Shown: positions 28,043 to 37,997 of the stretch, piece by piece
How the letters are laid out: every line of letters begins with the position of its first letter
How positions within the stretch are numbered: position 1 is the stretch's first letter
NCBI GenBank assembly: GCA_037131105.1
Contig: JBAXRQ010000001.1
Span: 322,039 to 386,038 of the forward strand
Direction: 5' to 3'
DNA length: 64,000 nt
Source: a bacterium
GTDB taxonomy: Bacteria > Patescibacteriota > UBA1384 > CAILIB01
The notes under the pieces: model-generated
What the model saw: the letters and a program-made list of their open reading frames with translations, nothing else
What the model was told of the DNA's origin: nothing
Databases searched by the model: none
Translations under genes and position numbers: made by a program

Positions 28043-28101
28043 GGAGTATACTAGTGGATGATGACCACATCATCATACTAAAAACAGCAGTCGAAAGATA
28101 T

Positions 28102-28848
28102 ATGCTCAGTGCGCTCTTTTCATGGATACTGCGGCCGCATCCGGTAGTATTTAGTCTAGGAAGTCTTACTCTCTACACGCACGCCCTGTTCTTCGCCTTG
28201 GGGGCTGAAGTGTCTCTTTTAATGGCAACATTTTTGGCTCGTACGACAAAGCTTTCGGATGAAAAGGTGGGGGGATGGATACTTACCATTTTTGTCACCG
28301 GTTTAGTAGCTGCCCGCCTGGGGTACTTTATCTCGTATCCTAGCCAGTTTCAGGACGTCTCCCAGGTACTTGCTATCTGGCAAGGGGGACTGGTCTCGTA
28401 TTTTGGCCTGGCGGGCGGTATTGGTGTTGCCTTCTGGCTGCTCCGTGGGATGTCGGCGGCTGAGCGCTGGCGCTGGCTGGATATCCTCTGCGTGGCCGCC
28501 CTTGCTGGGTGGGCGGTGGGACGTATTGGTAATTATTATGCGGCAGACTCGGTAGGAGTGGCTTCTACATGGTGGAGCGTATTTTACGGGCGGGTGCCCA
28601 TCCAACTATTCGAATCGGTACTGACTTTGATCTTGGCCTTTTCCGGATGGCAGTGGTGGGGCCGTTTCAAGCCAGGGGGACTGGCAGTGCTGCTCTCCGC
28701 TGGATACCTGGCCGGACGGTTCATTATCGACATGTGGCGGGATGAAAGCACGGCTGGACCCCTGCACCTGAGTCAGTGGGTCTGCCTGCTTGCTGTCATC
28801 CTGCTTATTCCCCTAATACTCCGGCGTGTCCGTCCGGCTGCCTCTTAG
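28102..28848 (+). CDS. lgt: Prolipoprotein diacylglyceryl transferase
   Basis: ARLGY, IWQGGL, GRIGNY, PIQLFES, RFIID. Confidence 0.88.
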   Translation: MLSALFSWILRPHPVVFSLGSLTLYTHALFFALGAEVSLLMATFLARTTKLSDEKVGGWILTIFVTGLVAARLGYFISYPSQFQDVSQVLAIWQGGLVSYFGLAGGIGVAFWLLRGMSAAERWRWLDILCVAALAGWAVGRIGNYYAADSVGVASTWWSVFYGRVPIQLFESVLTLILAFSGWQWWGRFKPGGLAVLLSAGYLAGRFIIDMWRDESTAGPLHLSQWVCLLAVILLIPLILRRVRPAAS

Positions 28849-29218
28849 TCTCGGTCTTGCTGCCCTGGGAGCTGACCAGGCCGTTTCCTGGTGGGTTCTG
28901 GACTTTCATCAGGAATGGGCTCACAGTCACCCGTTCTTTCCCTGGGGAGTGGCTCCCTATAACATCTTGGCTGCGGTGGCTTGTCTGCTGCTTCTGGCCT
29001 TGCTGACCCGTGCCAGCCATTATTACGCAGTGGGACTGAGCCTGCTGGTGGCCGGTCTTTTCAGTAACGCCCTCAGCTATCTCTTCTACGGTCATTTTGT
29101 TGACTACCTGCCTACCGGCGTCAGTTACACAAATGCAGCCGACCTGGTAATCCTGGTCGGCTGCATTCTGCTGGCGGTCGGTCTGGTCTCTAGCTCTTCT
29201 TCGCGACGACAGACTTGA
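28826..29218 (+). CDS. lspA: Lipoprotein signal peptidase II (shortened)
   Basis: ADQ near N-terminus, G..SN, GHFVDY and NAAD catalytic Asp motifs; coupled to lgt. Confidence 0.75.
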   Translation: MSVRLPLSLGLAALGADQAVSWWVLDFHQEWAHSHPFFPWGVAPYNILAAVACLLLLALLTRASHYYAVGLSLLVAGLFSNALSYLFYGHFVDYLPTGVSYTNAADLVILVGCILLAVGLVSSSSSRRQT

Positions 29219-29546
29219 TGAGCGCGTCGAGAGCGGCGGGCTCATTGATGGCCATTTCGGAAAGCATCTTGCGATTCACGCCCATGCCTGACTTGTTGGC
29301 GAGGTCCATGAAGGTGCTGTAGGAAAGGTCATGCTGACGGACAGCGGCGTTGATGGTGACGATCCAGCCGCGGCGCAGCTGACGCTTTTTGGTGCGACGG
29401 TCACGGTAGGCGAACTGGCCGGCCTTAAGCAGGGCCTCATTGGCACGCTTGAACAGCTTGCGGCGCCCTGTGTGGAAACCCTTGGCTCGCTCGAGCAGGG
29501 CTGCGTGACGCTTGTGGGTGGTGGTTCCTCGTTTAACGCGTGGCAT
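29190..29546 (-). CDS. rplT: 50S ribosomal protein L20
   Basis: MPRVKRG, AYRDRRTKKR, WIVTINAA, NRKMLSEMA. Confidence 0.98.
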   Translation of the reverse strand: MPRVKRGTTTHKRHAALLERAKGFHTGRRKLFKRANEALLKAGQFAYRDRRTKKRQLRRGWIVTINAAVRQHDLSYSTFMDLANKSGMGVNRKMLSEMAINEPAALDALIKSVVAKKS

Positions 29547-29567
29547 GTGGATCCTTAGAGAGTGGGT

Positions 29568-29762
29568 TTAAAGGTAAGGGAGCAGACGGGAAAGGCGCTT
29601 GACGCTGACCCGGGAAACCAGCTTGTAGCCCTTGGCAGCTGCCAGGACGCGACCCGACTTGTTGTGACGCAGGTGCTGGGCGGAGTTGGTAGGCTGCACG
29701 AGCTTACCGCTGCCGGTCTTGCGAATACGCTTGGAAGTGGTCTTGTGAGTTCTGAGCTTCAT
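29568..29762 (-). CDS. rpmI: 50S ribosomal protein L35
   Basis: MKLRTHK..SKR...TGSGK...LLPY; infC-rpmI-rplT order. Confidence 0.95.
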   Translation of the reverse strand: MKLRTHKTTSKRIRKTGSGKLVQPTNSAQHLRHNKSGRVLAAAKGYKLVSRVSVKRLSRLLPYL

Positions 29763-30268
29763 GACTTCTTTTCCTTAAGTAATACTGACATTTGCTTGCC
29801 CTGGCGCTGGATGGGCTGCTCGTATTCGAGGCCGACCATGTCGCGGAACTTGTCGAGCTGTTCGGCAGCCTTCTCCTTGAAGGCCATCTCGCGACCGACA
29901 AGCTTCAGTCGAAGCTTTAGGCGGTGTCCCTCACTGAGAAAGCGCTTGGCCTGGTTCAACTTGACCTCAAGGTCGCCGGCGCCGGTGTTGTAACTGAGAC
30001 GAATCTCCTTTACCTCCTGGGTCTTCTTGGCCTTGTTCTTGCGAAGCTTGCGCTCCTGCTCGTATTTGAACTTACCGTAATCAAGGATGCGGGCGACCGG
30101 AGGAGTAGCCTGGGGTCCTACCAGCACTAGATCCATCTCTGCCTCTTCGGCCAAAGCCTGGGCGGCAGCGAGGTCTATCTCGCCGTGCGACTCGCCATCC
30201 TGATCAATCAAAAACACCCGTGCTGCACGGATACGCTGATTGATGGGGAGGTTGGTGCTTGCGGCTAT
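29759..30268 (-). CDS. infC: Translation initiation factor IF-3, probable ATA start
   Basis: Frame extends upstream of 30217 as IAASTNLPINQRIRAARVFLID; DLVLV..PPVARILDYGKFKYE; VKEIRL. Confidence 0.93.
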   Translation of the reverse strand: MAASTNLPINQRIRAARVFLIDQDGESHGEIDLAAAQALAEEAEMDLVLVGPQATPPVARILDYGKFKYEQERKLRKNKAKKTQEVKEIRLSYNTGAGDLEVKLNQAKRFLSEGHRLKLRLKLVGREMAFKEKAAEQLDKFRDMVGLEYEQPIQRQGKQMSVLLKEKKS

Positions 30269-30435
30269 ACGGTGTACTTAGTCCTTTGGTCAAGGGTTAC
30301 AGTACCAGATTTACCTACCTGACGTCAATACTATGCAGCCGGCGATTCCTTGAGACTGCTGTATGCATCGCCCCCTTCTTGAGACTACCCTCTATTTCTG
30401 GTACTATCTCGGTATTCCAGATGGGGAGAGCGAAC

Positions 30436-30645
30436 ATGATTTCAGATAAGGAGCGTCTGGCAGTTGTAAGGGCGCGTGTAAAGGGGGCGGCCATGGCCGC
30501 CGGAGGATTATGGCTTGTGGCATTGTTGCTCATGGTCGCGACACCGACAAAAGAGCCAGGAGCCATGGGTCACGTAATCTTTCTACATCTTGTCAATGGT
30601 GCTGCAGTAGCTGCAATAGTGGTGATGGTTCTTCGACGGTTATGA
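30436..30645 (+). CDS. Small two-TM hypothetical protein
   Basis: ATG after ggggag; two hydrophobic segments. Confidence 0.5.
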   Translation: MISDKERLAVVRARVKGAAMAAGGLWLVALLLMVATPTKEPGAMGHVIFLHLVNGAAVAAIVVMVLRRL

Positions 30646-30693
30646 GGCATCATCGAGATCACCGGTCCTGGGGATGTATTCCCAGGACCATTT

Positions 30694-31446
30694 TTATACT
30701 TGCGCGGTACTTCGGCTAACGATGAGTCTCAGCGGTTTCTCCTGGGTGTCGTAGGTGGCGGGGGTGGTGCAGAACTCGGCTCCGGCCACCATGACGCGGT
30801 GGCTTCCTTCGGTGGTAAGCTCGGCTTTTTCCACCTCAAAACGTGAGTCCATGGGTAGGGAAGACGCCTGCTTAAGCAGTCCTGAAAGCAGACCCTTGCG
30901 CTTAGGCTGGGGATGGGTAATCTCGATGAGTAGGCGGCCTGCCTGCCCCGGTTCCCCGGCAAGAGGGGTTATACTGAGCTCCCCGCCCTGGCCCTTTACG
31001 GTAAAATCCGGTGAAACCAGGGTAAATCCTGCTCCGTCCGGGAGAGAGACGGTGGCGGGAGTAAGAAAGCACATACCTTGGTTCAAAAGGCCTAAGCGTA
31101 CTGGCTGCCAGCGTCTACGCTTCAAAGCATCGGCTGCTTCTTTCCAGGCACTAACTCCGGTCAGGAGCTCGATGTCGGGGTTTTCTTGGAAAGGGATGAT
31201 GCCAAATACGACGTCGTGGGGTTCGAGGCCACGTGCCACCTGGTTTATGAGCTCCACACCGCCGACGGCGATGATGGTAGAGTAGCGTTTACCGATGGCG
31301 AGTTGAATAAGATCTTCGACGCTTCTACCAGGTGTAGGTGCCGTCATCTCACCGGCAATGCCAATAGTAGCGAGGTACTCCTTTATCTGGGCGGTGCGCT
31401 CGTATTCTTTGGCTTCAAGTGGCGGCTCGAAAATATAATAGTACAT
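30694..31446 (-). CDS. Diacylglycerol-kinase-like protein with degenerate GGDG motif
   Basis: YYYIFEP, IIAVGG(VE)LINQVA, FGIIP layout of the DAGK catalytic domain. Confidence 0.6.
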   Translation of the reverse strand: MYYYIFEPPLEAKEYERTAQIKEYLATIGIAGEMTAPTPGRSVEDLIQLAIGKRYSTIIAVGGVELINQVARGLEPHDVVFGIIPFQENPDIELLTGVSAWKEAADALKRRRWQPVRLGLLNQGMCFLTPATVSLPDGAGFTLVSPDFTVKGQGGELSITPLAGEPGQAGRLLIEITHPQPKRKGLLSGLLKQASSLPMDSRFEVEKAELTTEGSHRVMVAGAEFCTTPATYDTQEKPLRLIVSRSTAQV

Positions 31447-31455
31447 GAGCGCCCC

Positions 31456-31836
31456 TTACTCTACCTCAAGGCGGGGTCGCTTTTTGGGTTCTGTGGGCCC
31501 TTCGCTACCGGGTAGGTTCATCTGGGACTTGCCGATAAAGACGGCTCCTGGCCGGATGGAGAGGCGCTGGGTGGTGAGGTCACCCTTTACCAGGCTCTTT
31601 GGCTGCAGCTCGATCTGCTCTTCAGCGGTAATGGAGCCGTGTACTTGTCCGGCCACTTCGACCTGCTTGGCAGTAATGGGACCGTGGATGATGGCAGTCT
31701 CTCCGATGAGGACGGTAGCCTCGGAGACGATGTCGCCAGTGACCTGGCCGTGGATATGGATAGACCCGGGGTTATGAATGGAGCCTTTCAGCTCTACCTG
31801 GGCACCAACTATGGTATCGACTTGCTCTGCGGCCAT
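31456..31836 (-). CDS. Bactofilin (polymer-forming cytoskeletal protein)
   Basis: TIVG...KG...IHG.V.G...IGE...G.I.A..V...G.V.G.I.A...GA.F.G beta-helix pattern. Confidence 0.92.
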   Translation of the reverse strand: MAAEQVDTIVGAQVELKGSIHNPGSIHIHGQVTGDIVSEATVLIGETAIIHGPITAKQVEVAGQVHGSITAEEQIELQPKSLVKGDLTTQRLSIRPGAVFIGKSQMNLPGSEGPTEPKKRPRLEVE

Positions 31837-31960
31837 GGGGGGAGTTAGTGGGTGATGTTCTTACTATACCGTCCAAGGGCCCGGCGACTCAAGCCTGAAA
31901 ATGCGAACGGCCCGCCCTCCCTTGTAGGGGAGAGCGGGCCGGTGGCTAATGGTGCTGGCC

Positions 31961-32425
31961 TTAGGTCAGGGGGTCGAGTCTAGGGAACGAGCCCTTTTCC
32001 AAGAGGCGTAGCATGGGATCGAAGTGGTCTTCCTGCAGTCGAATGCGACAGAGTACCTTTGAGGCATAGTAATATCCCTCATGGAGGACCACAGGTTTTG
32101 CACCATGAGCCTTCTCAGCCGTTATTCTGACAATGTAGGTGACCAGCGCCTTGCCGTCATTGGCAATGCAATGCGGCAGCATGGTTACGATCACCTGCCG
32201 TGAGTGGAAGCTTGCCTTGGCATGGAACGACTTGGAGTTGATGTCGCCAAGGCACAACAGTGCCAAAAACAGAATGGCAGCTTCTACTGTTAGGAGTAAG
32301 GCGAGCAGGAAGGCTACTGGCGAAGTGCTCCGGAGGACCATCGCCAATACTAGTCCGGTCAGGCCCATCACGACCAGGATGATACCGATCGCCTTCAACA
32401 TGCCCTGTTTCGTTGCAAAACTCAT
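31961..32425 (-). CDS. Hypothetical protein with two N-terminal TMs
   Basis: SD gaaagg, start MSFATK. Confidence 0.55.
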   Translation of the reverse strand: MSFATKQGMLKAIGIILVVMGLTGLVLAMVLRSTSPVAFLLALLLTVEAAILFLALLCLGDINSKSFHAKASFHSRQVIVTMLPHCIANDGKALVTYIVRITAEKAHGAKPVVLHEGYYYASKVLCRIRLQEDHFDPMLRLLEKGSFPRLDPLT

Positions 32426-32502
32426 TACATACCTTTCAAACAAGATTTCAGGGTTGGTTATACCTCTTTTCCCTGAAAATGTCAAGGTCCTACGCCCCTC
32501 TG

Positions 32503-32970
32503 TCATGAGCTGAGGCTGGCAAAATCGTTTAGCTTGATTCTCCCGAGGCGCGGGAGAAGCCAGTTCTCGTATACCGCTTGAGGATGACAGTCTTTGGGTA
32601 TCCATATGCTTGTCTGCACATAGACTCCACCTTTTCCCCATGTTATCTCCTCGCAGCTGAGTGTGTACTGTAGATTTCCCGTGCAGTTTGGCTGCGAGCT
32701 CGGTAGTTCAAGGCTGACCAGCATCGTTTGTCCGGTATCCGTTCGGACGAGCTCGGAGTAAGAGCGGTCGTAGCGGTAGTTGAAATCACGGTGGTTACGC
32801 ATCATCCACCGGAGTAGATCGAGGCCGATAAGTCCAATGATCAATGACAGTACCAGGTTGTCATCAAAGCCCGATGCCAGGTATCCTAGTCCAGCAGTAA
32901 TAGATACAACAGCTACTGCATTGGCTAGAAATATCAGGTCAAGCAAACAGCTGAACGTTGTCTTTTGCAT
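32503..32970 (-). CDS. Hypothetical protein with two N-terminal TMs (same architecture as neighbour)
   Basis: SD gaaagga, start MQKTT. Confidence 0.55.
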   Translation of the reverse strand: MQKTTFSCLLDLIFLANAVAVVSITAGLGYLASGFDDNLVLSLIIGLIGLDLLRWMMRNHRDFNYRYDRSYSELVRTDTGQTMLVSLELPSSQPNCTGNLQYTLSCEEITWGKGGVYVQTSIWIPKDCHPQAVYENWLLPRLGRIKLNDFASLSS

Positions 32971-33121
32971 CTCATTTCCTTTCACGGCAGGGTGCCGTAC
33001 AAGGGATTAATAGCCGACTCCGCTTGAAAGAGCAAGAGACTTGCCTAAACCCTGGAAATCTGGTAAGCTATGGCCACTTTGAGTGAACTGCCCTCCCAGA
33101 AGATATAATCTCGATTACCGC

Positions 33122-35986
33122 ATGGACAACATTGTTATCACCGGGGCCCGTGAGCACAACCTGAAGAATGTCTCTTTGAGCATTCCCCGCGACAAGCTGG
33201 TGGTAATCACCGGCCTTTCTGGCTCTGGTAAGTCGTCTCTTGCCTTCGATACTCTCTACGCCGAGGGCCAGCGTCGCTACGTTGAGTCCCTGTCCGCCTA
33301 TGCACGGCAGTTCCTTGGCATGATGGAAAAGCCTGATGTTGATTATATCGAGGGTCTTTCTCCCGCTATCTCCATTGACCAGAAGTCGGCCACCCGTAAC
33401 CCACGCTCTACCGTTGGTACCGTCACGGAGGTCTACGACTATATGCGTCTGCTCTTCGCCCGTGTCGGCACCGTCCACTGTCACATCTGTGGAAAACTGG
33501 TCTCGAAGCTCTCAGCTAGCCAGATGGTGGATAAGGTACTCGAGCAGTTTATGGACCAGAAGATCATGCTGCTTTCGCCCATGGTGCGTGACCGTAAGGG
33601 TGAGCACCGCCAGGTATTCCAGCAGATCCAAAAGGCCGGCTATGCCCGTGTCCGGGTGGACGGCAACCAGATGGACCTCGAGGAGGCCCTGGGAATGGAG
33701 CTGGACAAGCAGAAGAAGCACACCATCGAAGTTATCGTCGACCGTCTACAGCTGACCGGTGCCCGTCTGGGAGCCTCTGAGCGCAATACCCAGATCGAGC
33801 AGGACAGCCAGCGGGTACGCCTACTGGACTCGGTAGAGAAGTCCCTGCGTCTTTCCGAGGGTAAGCTTCTGGTCGCCGAGTACGAGGGTGACCGCGAGGT
33901 GTACTACTCCGAGGACTTCTACTGCTTCACCGACGATATCTCTCTTCCTGAGATCGAACCCCGTGCTTTTTCCTTTAACAGTCCTCACGGCGCCTGTCCT
34001 ACCTGCCAGGGTCTAGGCCGCCTGCAGCAGATCGACCCCGAATTGGTGGTGCCTAATGAGCGCCTGACCATCGCTGAGGGCGCTATCCGCCCCTGGAGCC
34101 GATCTACGAGCTTTGACAGCTGGTACCTGCGCATCATGGAAGAGGTGGCTGAGCAGAACAAAATTGACCTGAATGTAGCCTGGGAAAAGCTTCCCGAGAC
34201 TGATCGCCAGATGGTACTTTACGGTACTGGTGAGAAGCGCTATACGGTCGGCGGCTACGCTACTTCCTATGAAGGCGTCATCCCGAACCTAGGCCGTCGC
34301 TACAAGGAGACTGATTCGGAGTACGTTCGTGGTGAGATCGAGAAATACATGGTTGAGGAGCCCTGCAAGGCTTGTGAGGGCGGTCGCTTGCGTCCTGAAG
34401 TATTGGGTGTAAAGGTGATGGACAAGAATATCGTCGAGGTAAACCAAATGCCTATCGCTGAGGGCCTGGCCTTTTTCAAACGACTGGCTGACGGTGAGTC
34501 CCTGACCGAAAACCAGAAGCTTATCGCCCGACAGATCTTCAAGGAGATCTGCTCCCGTCTGCAGTTCCTGCTCGATGTCGGCCTTTCCTATCTAACTCTC
34601 GACCGTTCTGCCAACACGTTGGCGGGTGGTGAGGCTCAGCGTATCCGTCTGGCTACCCAGATCGGTTCTGGACTTACTGGGGTGCTCTACATCCTGGATG
34701 AGCCTTCTATCGGCCTCCACCAGCGTGACAATACCCGTTTGCTGGAGACTCTAAAGATGCTACGTGACCTGGGTAATACCGTCCTGGTAGTCGAGCACGA
34801 CGAAGAGACTATGATGGAAGCCGATCACCTTATCGACATCGGCCCCGGCGCTGGAAAGCACGGCGGTACGGTCGTGGCCCAGGGTACTCCCCAAGAAGTA
34901 GCAGCCAATCCTGACTCCATTACCGGTCAGTACCTTTCTGGAACTAAGAAGATCGACATTCCTAAGAAGCGCCGTCGAAATGACGGTCGTCACTTGGAAA
35001 TAGTCGGTGCCAAGGAGAATAACCTGCAGAATGTCGACGTGAAGATCCCCCTTGGTCTCTTCGTGGTTATTACCGGCGTCTCTGGCTCAGGTAAGTCTAC
35101 CCTCATCAATGACATCCTGGCCAAATCCCTGAATCAGACCTTCTTCCGAGCTAAAGACAACCCAGGTAAGCATAAGGAGATTCGCGGCGTCGACCACCTG
35201 AACAAGGTCATCGACATTGACCAGAGCCCTATCGGCCGCACTCCTCGCTCAAACCCTGCCACCTATACGGGAATGTTCACGGTTATCCGCGACATGTTCT
35301 CGTCCACACCTGAGGCACGCGCTCGTGGCTACAAGACCGGACGCTTCTCCTTCAATATGAAGGGTGGACGCTGCGAGACCTGTTCTGGTGACGGCGTTAT
35401 TAAGATTGAGATGAATTTTTTGCCCGATGTCTACGTGACCTGTGAGGAGTGTAAGGGTAAGCGCTACAACCGCGAGACCCTTGAGATCCTCTACAAGGGC
35501 AAGAATATCTCAGAAGTACTGGATATGACCGTCGAGGAGGCTAACGAATTCTTTGCAGCCATTCCCGCGATTGCTCAGAAACTGCAGGTACTGACAGATG
35601 TTGGTCTGGGCTACATGCACATCGGCCAGCCCGCTACTACTCTTTCGGGTGGTGAGGCCCAGCGTATCAAGCTGGCTTCCGAGCTGTCCCGCCGTGCTAC
35701 CGGCAAGACCCTGTATATTTTGGACGAGCCTACCACCGGCCTGCACTTCGAGGATGTCAAGAAACTTCTCGTGGTACTCCAGGCACTTGTTGAAAAGGGC
35801 AATTCCATCCTGGTCATCGAGCACAACCTCGACGTGATCAAGAGCGCTGACTGGCTCGTGGATATGGGACCTGAAGGAGGTTCTGGTGGAGGATTAGTGG
35901 TAGCCGAGGGTACGCCTGAGGACGTGGCCAAGGTAAAGGCAAGTCATACCGGAAGGTATCTGATCCCGCTTCTCAAAAAGGGTTAA
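33122..35986 (+). CDS. uvrA: Excinuclease ABC subunit A
   Basis: [17 protein letters not shown], second GVSGSGKST, LxGGEAQR twice, zinc fingers. Confidence 0.99.
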   Translation: MDNIVITGAREHNLKNVSLSIPRDKLVVITGLSGSGKSSLAFDTLYAEGQRRYVESLSAYARQFLGMMEKPDVDYIEGLSPAISIDQKSATRNPRSTVGTVTEVYDYMRLLFARVGTVHCHICGKLVSKLSASQMVDKVLEQFMDQKIMLLSPMVRDRKGEHRQVFQQIQKAGYARVRVDGNQMDLEEALGMELDKQKKHTIEVIVDRLQLTGARLGASERNTQIEQDSQRVRLLDSVEKSLRLSEGKLLVAEYEGDREVYYSEDFYCFTDDISLPEIEPRAFSFNSPHGACPTCQGLGRLQQIDPELVVPNERLTIAEGAIRPWSRSTSFDSWYLRIMEEVAEQNKIDLNVAWEKLPETDRQMVLYGTGEKRYTVGGYATSYEGVIPNLGRRYKETDSEYVRGEIEKYMVEEPCKACEGGRLRPEVLGVKVMDKNIVEVNQMPIAEGLAFFKRLADGESLTENQKLIARQIFKEICSRLQFLLDVGLSYLTLDRSANTLAGGEAQRIRLATQIGSGLTGVLYILDEPSIGLHQRDNTRLLETLKMLRDLGNTVLVVEHDEETMMEADHLIDIGPGAGKHGGTVVAQGTPQEVAANPDSITGQYLSGTKKIDIPKKRRRNDGRHLEIVGAKENNLQNVDVKIPLGLFVVITGVSGSGKSTLINDILAKSLNQTFFRAKDNPGKHKEIRGVDHLNKVIDIDQSPIGRTPRSNPATYTGMFTVIRDMFSSTPEARARGYKTGRFSFNMKGGRCETCSGDGVIKIEMNFLPDVYVTCEECKGKRYNRETLEILYKGKNISEVLDMTVEEANEFFAAIPAIAQKLQVLTDVGLGYMHIGQPATTLSGGEAQRIKLASELSRRATGKTLYILDEPTTGLHFEDVKKLLVVLQALVEKGNSILVIEHNLDVIKSADWLVDMGPEGGSGGGLVVAEGTPEDVAKVKASHTGRYLIPLLKKG

Positions 35987-35990
35987 TACA

Positions 35991-36024
35991 AAAAAAGAAG
36001 GCCGCCCCACCGGGCGGTCTTTTT
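35991..36024 (+). terminator. Intrinsic terminator after uvrA
   Basis: aaggccgccc-cacc-gggcggtcttttt. Confidence 0.75.
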
Positions 36025-36038
36025 GGTATAGTGGGGCC

Positions 36039-36287
36039 ATGAACATAGGCGACTTCAAGCTAGGGATCTGCCGTCACTACAAGGGACCACATTATAAGGT
36101 TCTGACCTTGGCACGCCTGCACGATACGTATGAAGAGGTAGTGATCTATGAAGCTCTCTTCGATATACCCGACTTTGGCGACCATGCCGTCTGGGTGCGG
36201 CCGGTAAGCGGATTTCTCGAGGAGGTCGTGGTAGATGGGGTGTGCGTACCTCGCTTCGAGTGGATAGGGGAGAACGAAGATGCCTAA
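36039..36287 (+). CDS. DUF1653-family small protein
   Basis: HYKG..Y.V...A...T.E.VVIY.AL...WVRP...F...RF. Confidence 0.85.
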   Translation: MNIGDFKLGICRHYKGPHYKVLTLARLHDTYEEVVIYEALFDIPDFGDHAVWVRPVSGFLEEVVVDGVCVPRFEWIGENEDA

Positions 36288-36888
36288 GCCAGTAGTCGTC
36301 GGTATGGATGAGGTGGGTCGGGGTGCCTTGGCTGGGCCCGTACTGGTGGCCTGTGTCTACTTCAATGCCAAGACCCAGGCCGAGCTGCCCTTGATCCTAG
36401 AGGTGGCTGGTCTAAAGAAGCTGAGGGACTCAAAGCAGCTGACTGCCAAACAGCGTGAACGAGTCTACCAAGCCGCCTTCTGCAACATCCAGTGGAGCAA
36501 CGGCTGGGCCCTTCCCTCTGAGATTGACGAGCTTGGTCTCTCGGCCGCCGTGAAGCTGGCGGCCGACCGGGCCTTGGACATGCTGAAGCGCCTGGGCGGG
36601 GAGCCTGGCCTGGTCCGCGCTGACGCCGGGCTTTTTCATTCATTGGAAGACACTATCCCCACTGAGCGGCACATAAAGGGGGATGAGAGATTTCCTGAGA
36701 TCGGACTTGCCTCGATTTTAGCTAAAGTGACTAGAGACAAGATGATGCGAGAGCTGGACGAGACGTTTCCCGGATATGGATTTGTTAGGAATGTGGGGTA
36801 TGGCACGCCCGAGCATTTGGCGGCGCTGCGGAAGCTGGGATCTAGTCCAGAACACCGGAAATTGTTTCTTAGAAAGCTGGGTATCTGA
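36280..36888 (+). CDS. rnhB: Ribonuclease HII
   Basis: GMDEVGRGALAGP, DSKQL, KGD, ASILAKVTRD, GYGT. Confidence 0.96.
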   Translation: MPKPVVVGMDEVGRGALAGPVLVACVYFNAKTQAELPLILEVAGLKKLRDSKQLTAKQRERVYQAAFCNIQWSNGWALPSEIDELGLSAAVKLAADRALDMLKRLGGEPGLVRADAGLFHSLEDTIPTERHIKGDERFPEIGLASILAKVTRDKMMRELDETFPGYGFVRNVGYGTPEHLAALRKLGSSPEHRKLFLRKLGI

Positions 36889-36935
36889 GTAAGGGTGGTA
36901 AATACCGTAGGTTATGGTAGCCTATATCCAGGCCA

Positions 36936-37295
36936 TTGGCTGAAAGGAGGCTGGCTATGCAGTATATGCGGTCACGTCCGAAGGGCATTATTACCCATAC
37001 CCTGTATGAAAGAGCGCGGAGAGATATCGAAGAGTTGTTTCGTGAAGGAGAAGGAACGGGAAAGGTGGGAAGTACTAAAGAGTTTGTCTGCGTCGAACTG
37101 TGCCGGGCTAAAGATAATCGTTGTTTCTATTTTCGTGTTTCGACGGTTGCCGGCGTGAGGCATTTTCTGGACAAGGAGTATGACGGTACCATCACTTGGT
37201 TCTATGGGGAGCCGGGACATCAGGCCGGTGGTGATCGCTATCTACGCATTGGCTTACTGCGATCTCTCACGATGCGTTTGAAGGAGAGAAGCTAG
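36936..37295 (+). CDS. Hypothetical protein (start probably ATG 36957)
   Basis: Strong SD aaggagg before MQYMRS. Confidence 0.5.
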   Translation: MAERRLAMQYMRSRPKGIITHTLYERARRDIEELFREGEGTGKVGSTKEFVCVELCRAKDNRCFYFRVSTVAGVRHFLDKEYDGTITWFYGEPGHQAGGDRYLRIGLLRSLTMRLKERS

Positions 37296-37353
37296 TCTTT
37301 CCATAGTTGACTGTTTTTGGTACGGTACTGCCAATACCCCGGAGGAGGAGAAT

Positions 37354-37494
37354 ATGGAACCTCAAAAGCTCGTGTTGTATCTTGTCTTGGCCGTTATCGT
37401 AGGATTTGGTGCGATATGGATTCATACTCCCGGCCCCGCCCTGGCTATGCGTCCTCTGTCGTTCCCGACTACAATTACCGCTTCTGTGCGGTAA
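37354..37494 (+). CDS. 46-aa single-TM small protein (not in ORF track)
   Basis: MEPQKLVLYLVLAVIVGFGAIWIHTPG...; SD ggaggagg. Confidence 0.6.
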   Translation: MEPQKLVLYLVLAVIVGFGAIWIHTPGPALAMRPLSFPTTITASVR

Positions 37495-37587
37495 GGTCTC
37501 ATCAGAAACTGTCGCTGTATCTACGGATCGGCGGCATTTTCGTGTCCAGTGAGTGACACTTCCAGGTCAATATGATATGGTGAGGGC

Positions 37588-37951
37588 GCTTCCAACCATC
37601 CAAGGCAGTCGCTTTTCGGGAAACCGACGAGAGGAAAGTCCGGGCAGGCAACAGCGACGGTAGTCGGGAAATCCGACCGGGCGTGAGCCCCGAGACAGTC
37701 GCAACAGAAAGCAAACCGCCAGCGGCCCGAAAGGGTGCGGGCAAGGGTGAAACTGTGTGGTAAGAGCACACACGGCCGCCAGGTGACTGGCGCCGCGGTA
37801 AACCTTACCGGCCTGCAAGGTGGGTTGGGCTGGACGGCATAACTCAGCTGGAGGTGTCGAACGGATCCCACCGCGTAGATAGATGGCTGCCGCGTCGCAT
37901 TACCGAGAGGTGGCGGCGTACAGAACCCGGCTTATTAAGATGATTGGAAGC
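37588..37951 (+). ncRNA. rnpB: RNase P RNA
   Basis: gaggaaagtccgggc, caacagaaagcaaaccgcc, gggtgaaac..gtggtaagagcac, agatagatggctgcc, acagaacccggctta; P1 gcttccaaccatc/gatgattggaagc. Confidence 0.97.
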
Positions 37952-37987
37952 AAAAGAAAGAGACTCCTGGAGGTCTCTTTCTTTTGC
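37952..37987 (+). terminator. Terminator after rnpB
   Basis: aaaagaaagagac-tcctggag-gtctctttctttt. Confidence 0.85.
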
Positions 37988-37997
37988 TGGAAAGCGT

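Noticed and set aside
37502-37871. Minus-strand ORFs over rnpB
   Set aside because: Shadow frames of the RNase P RNA
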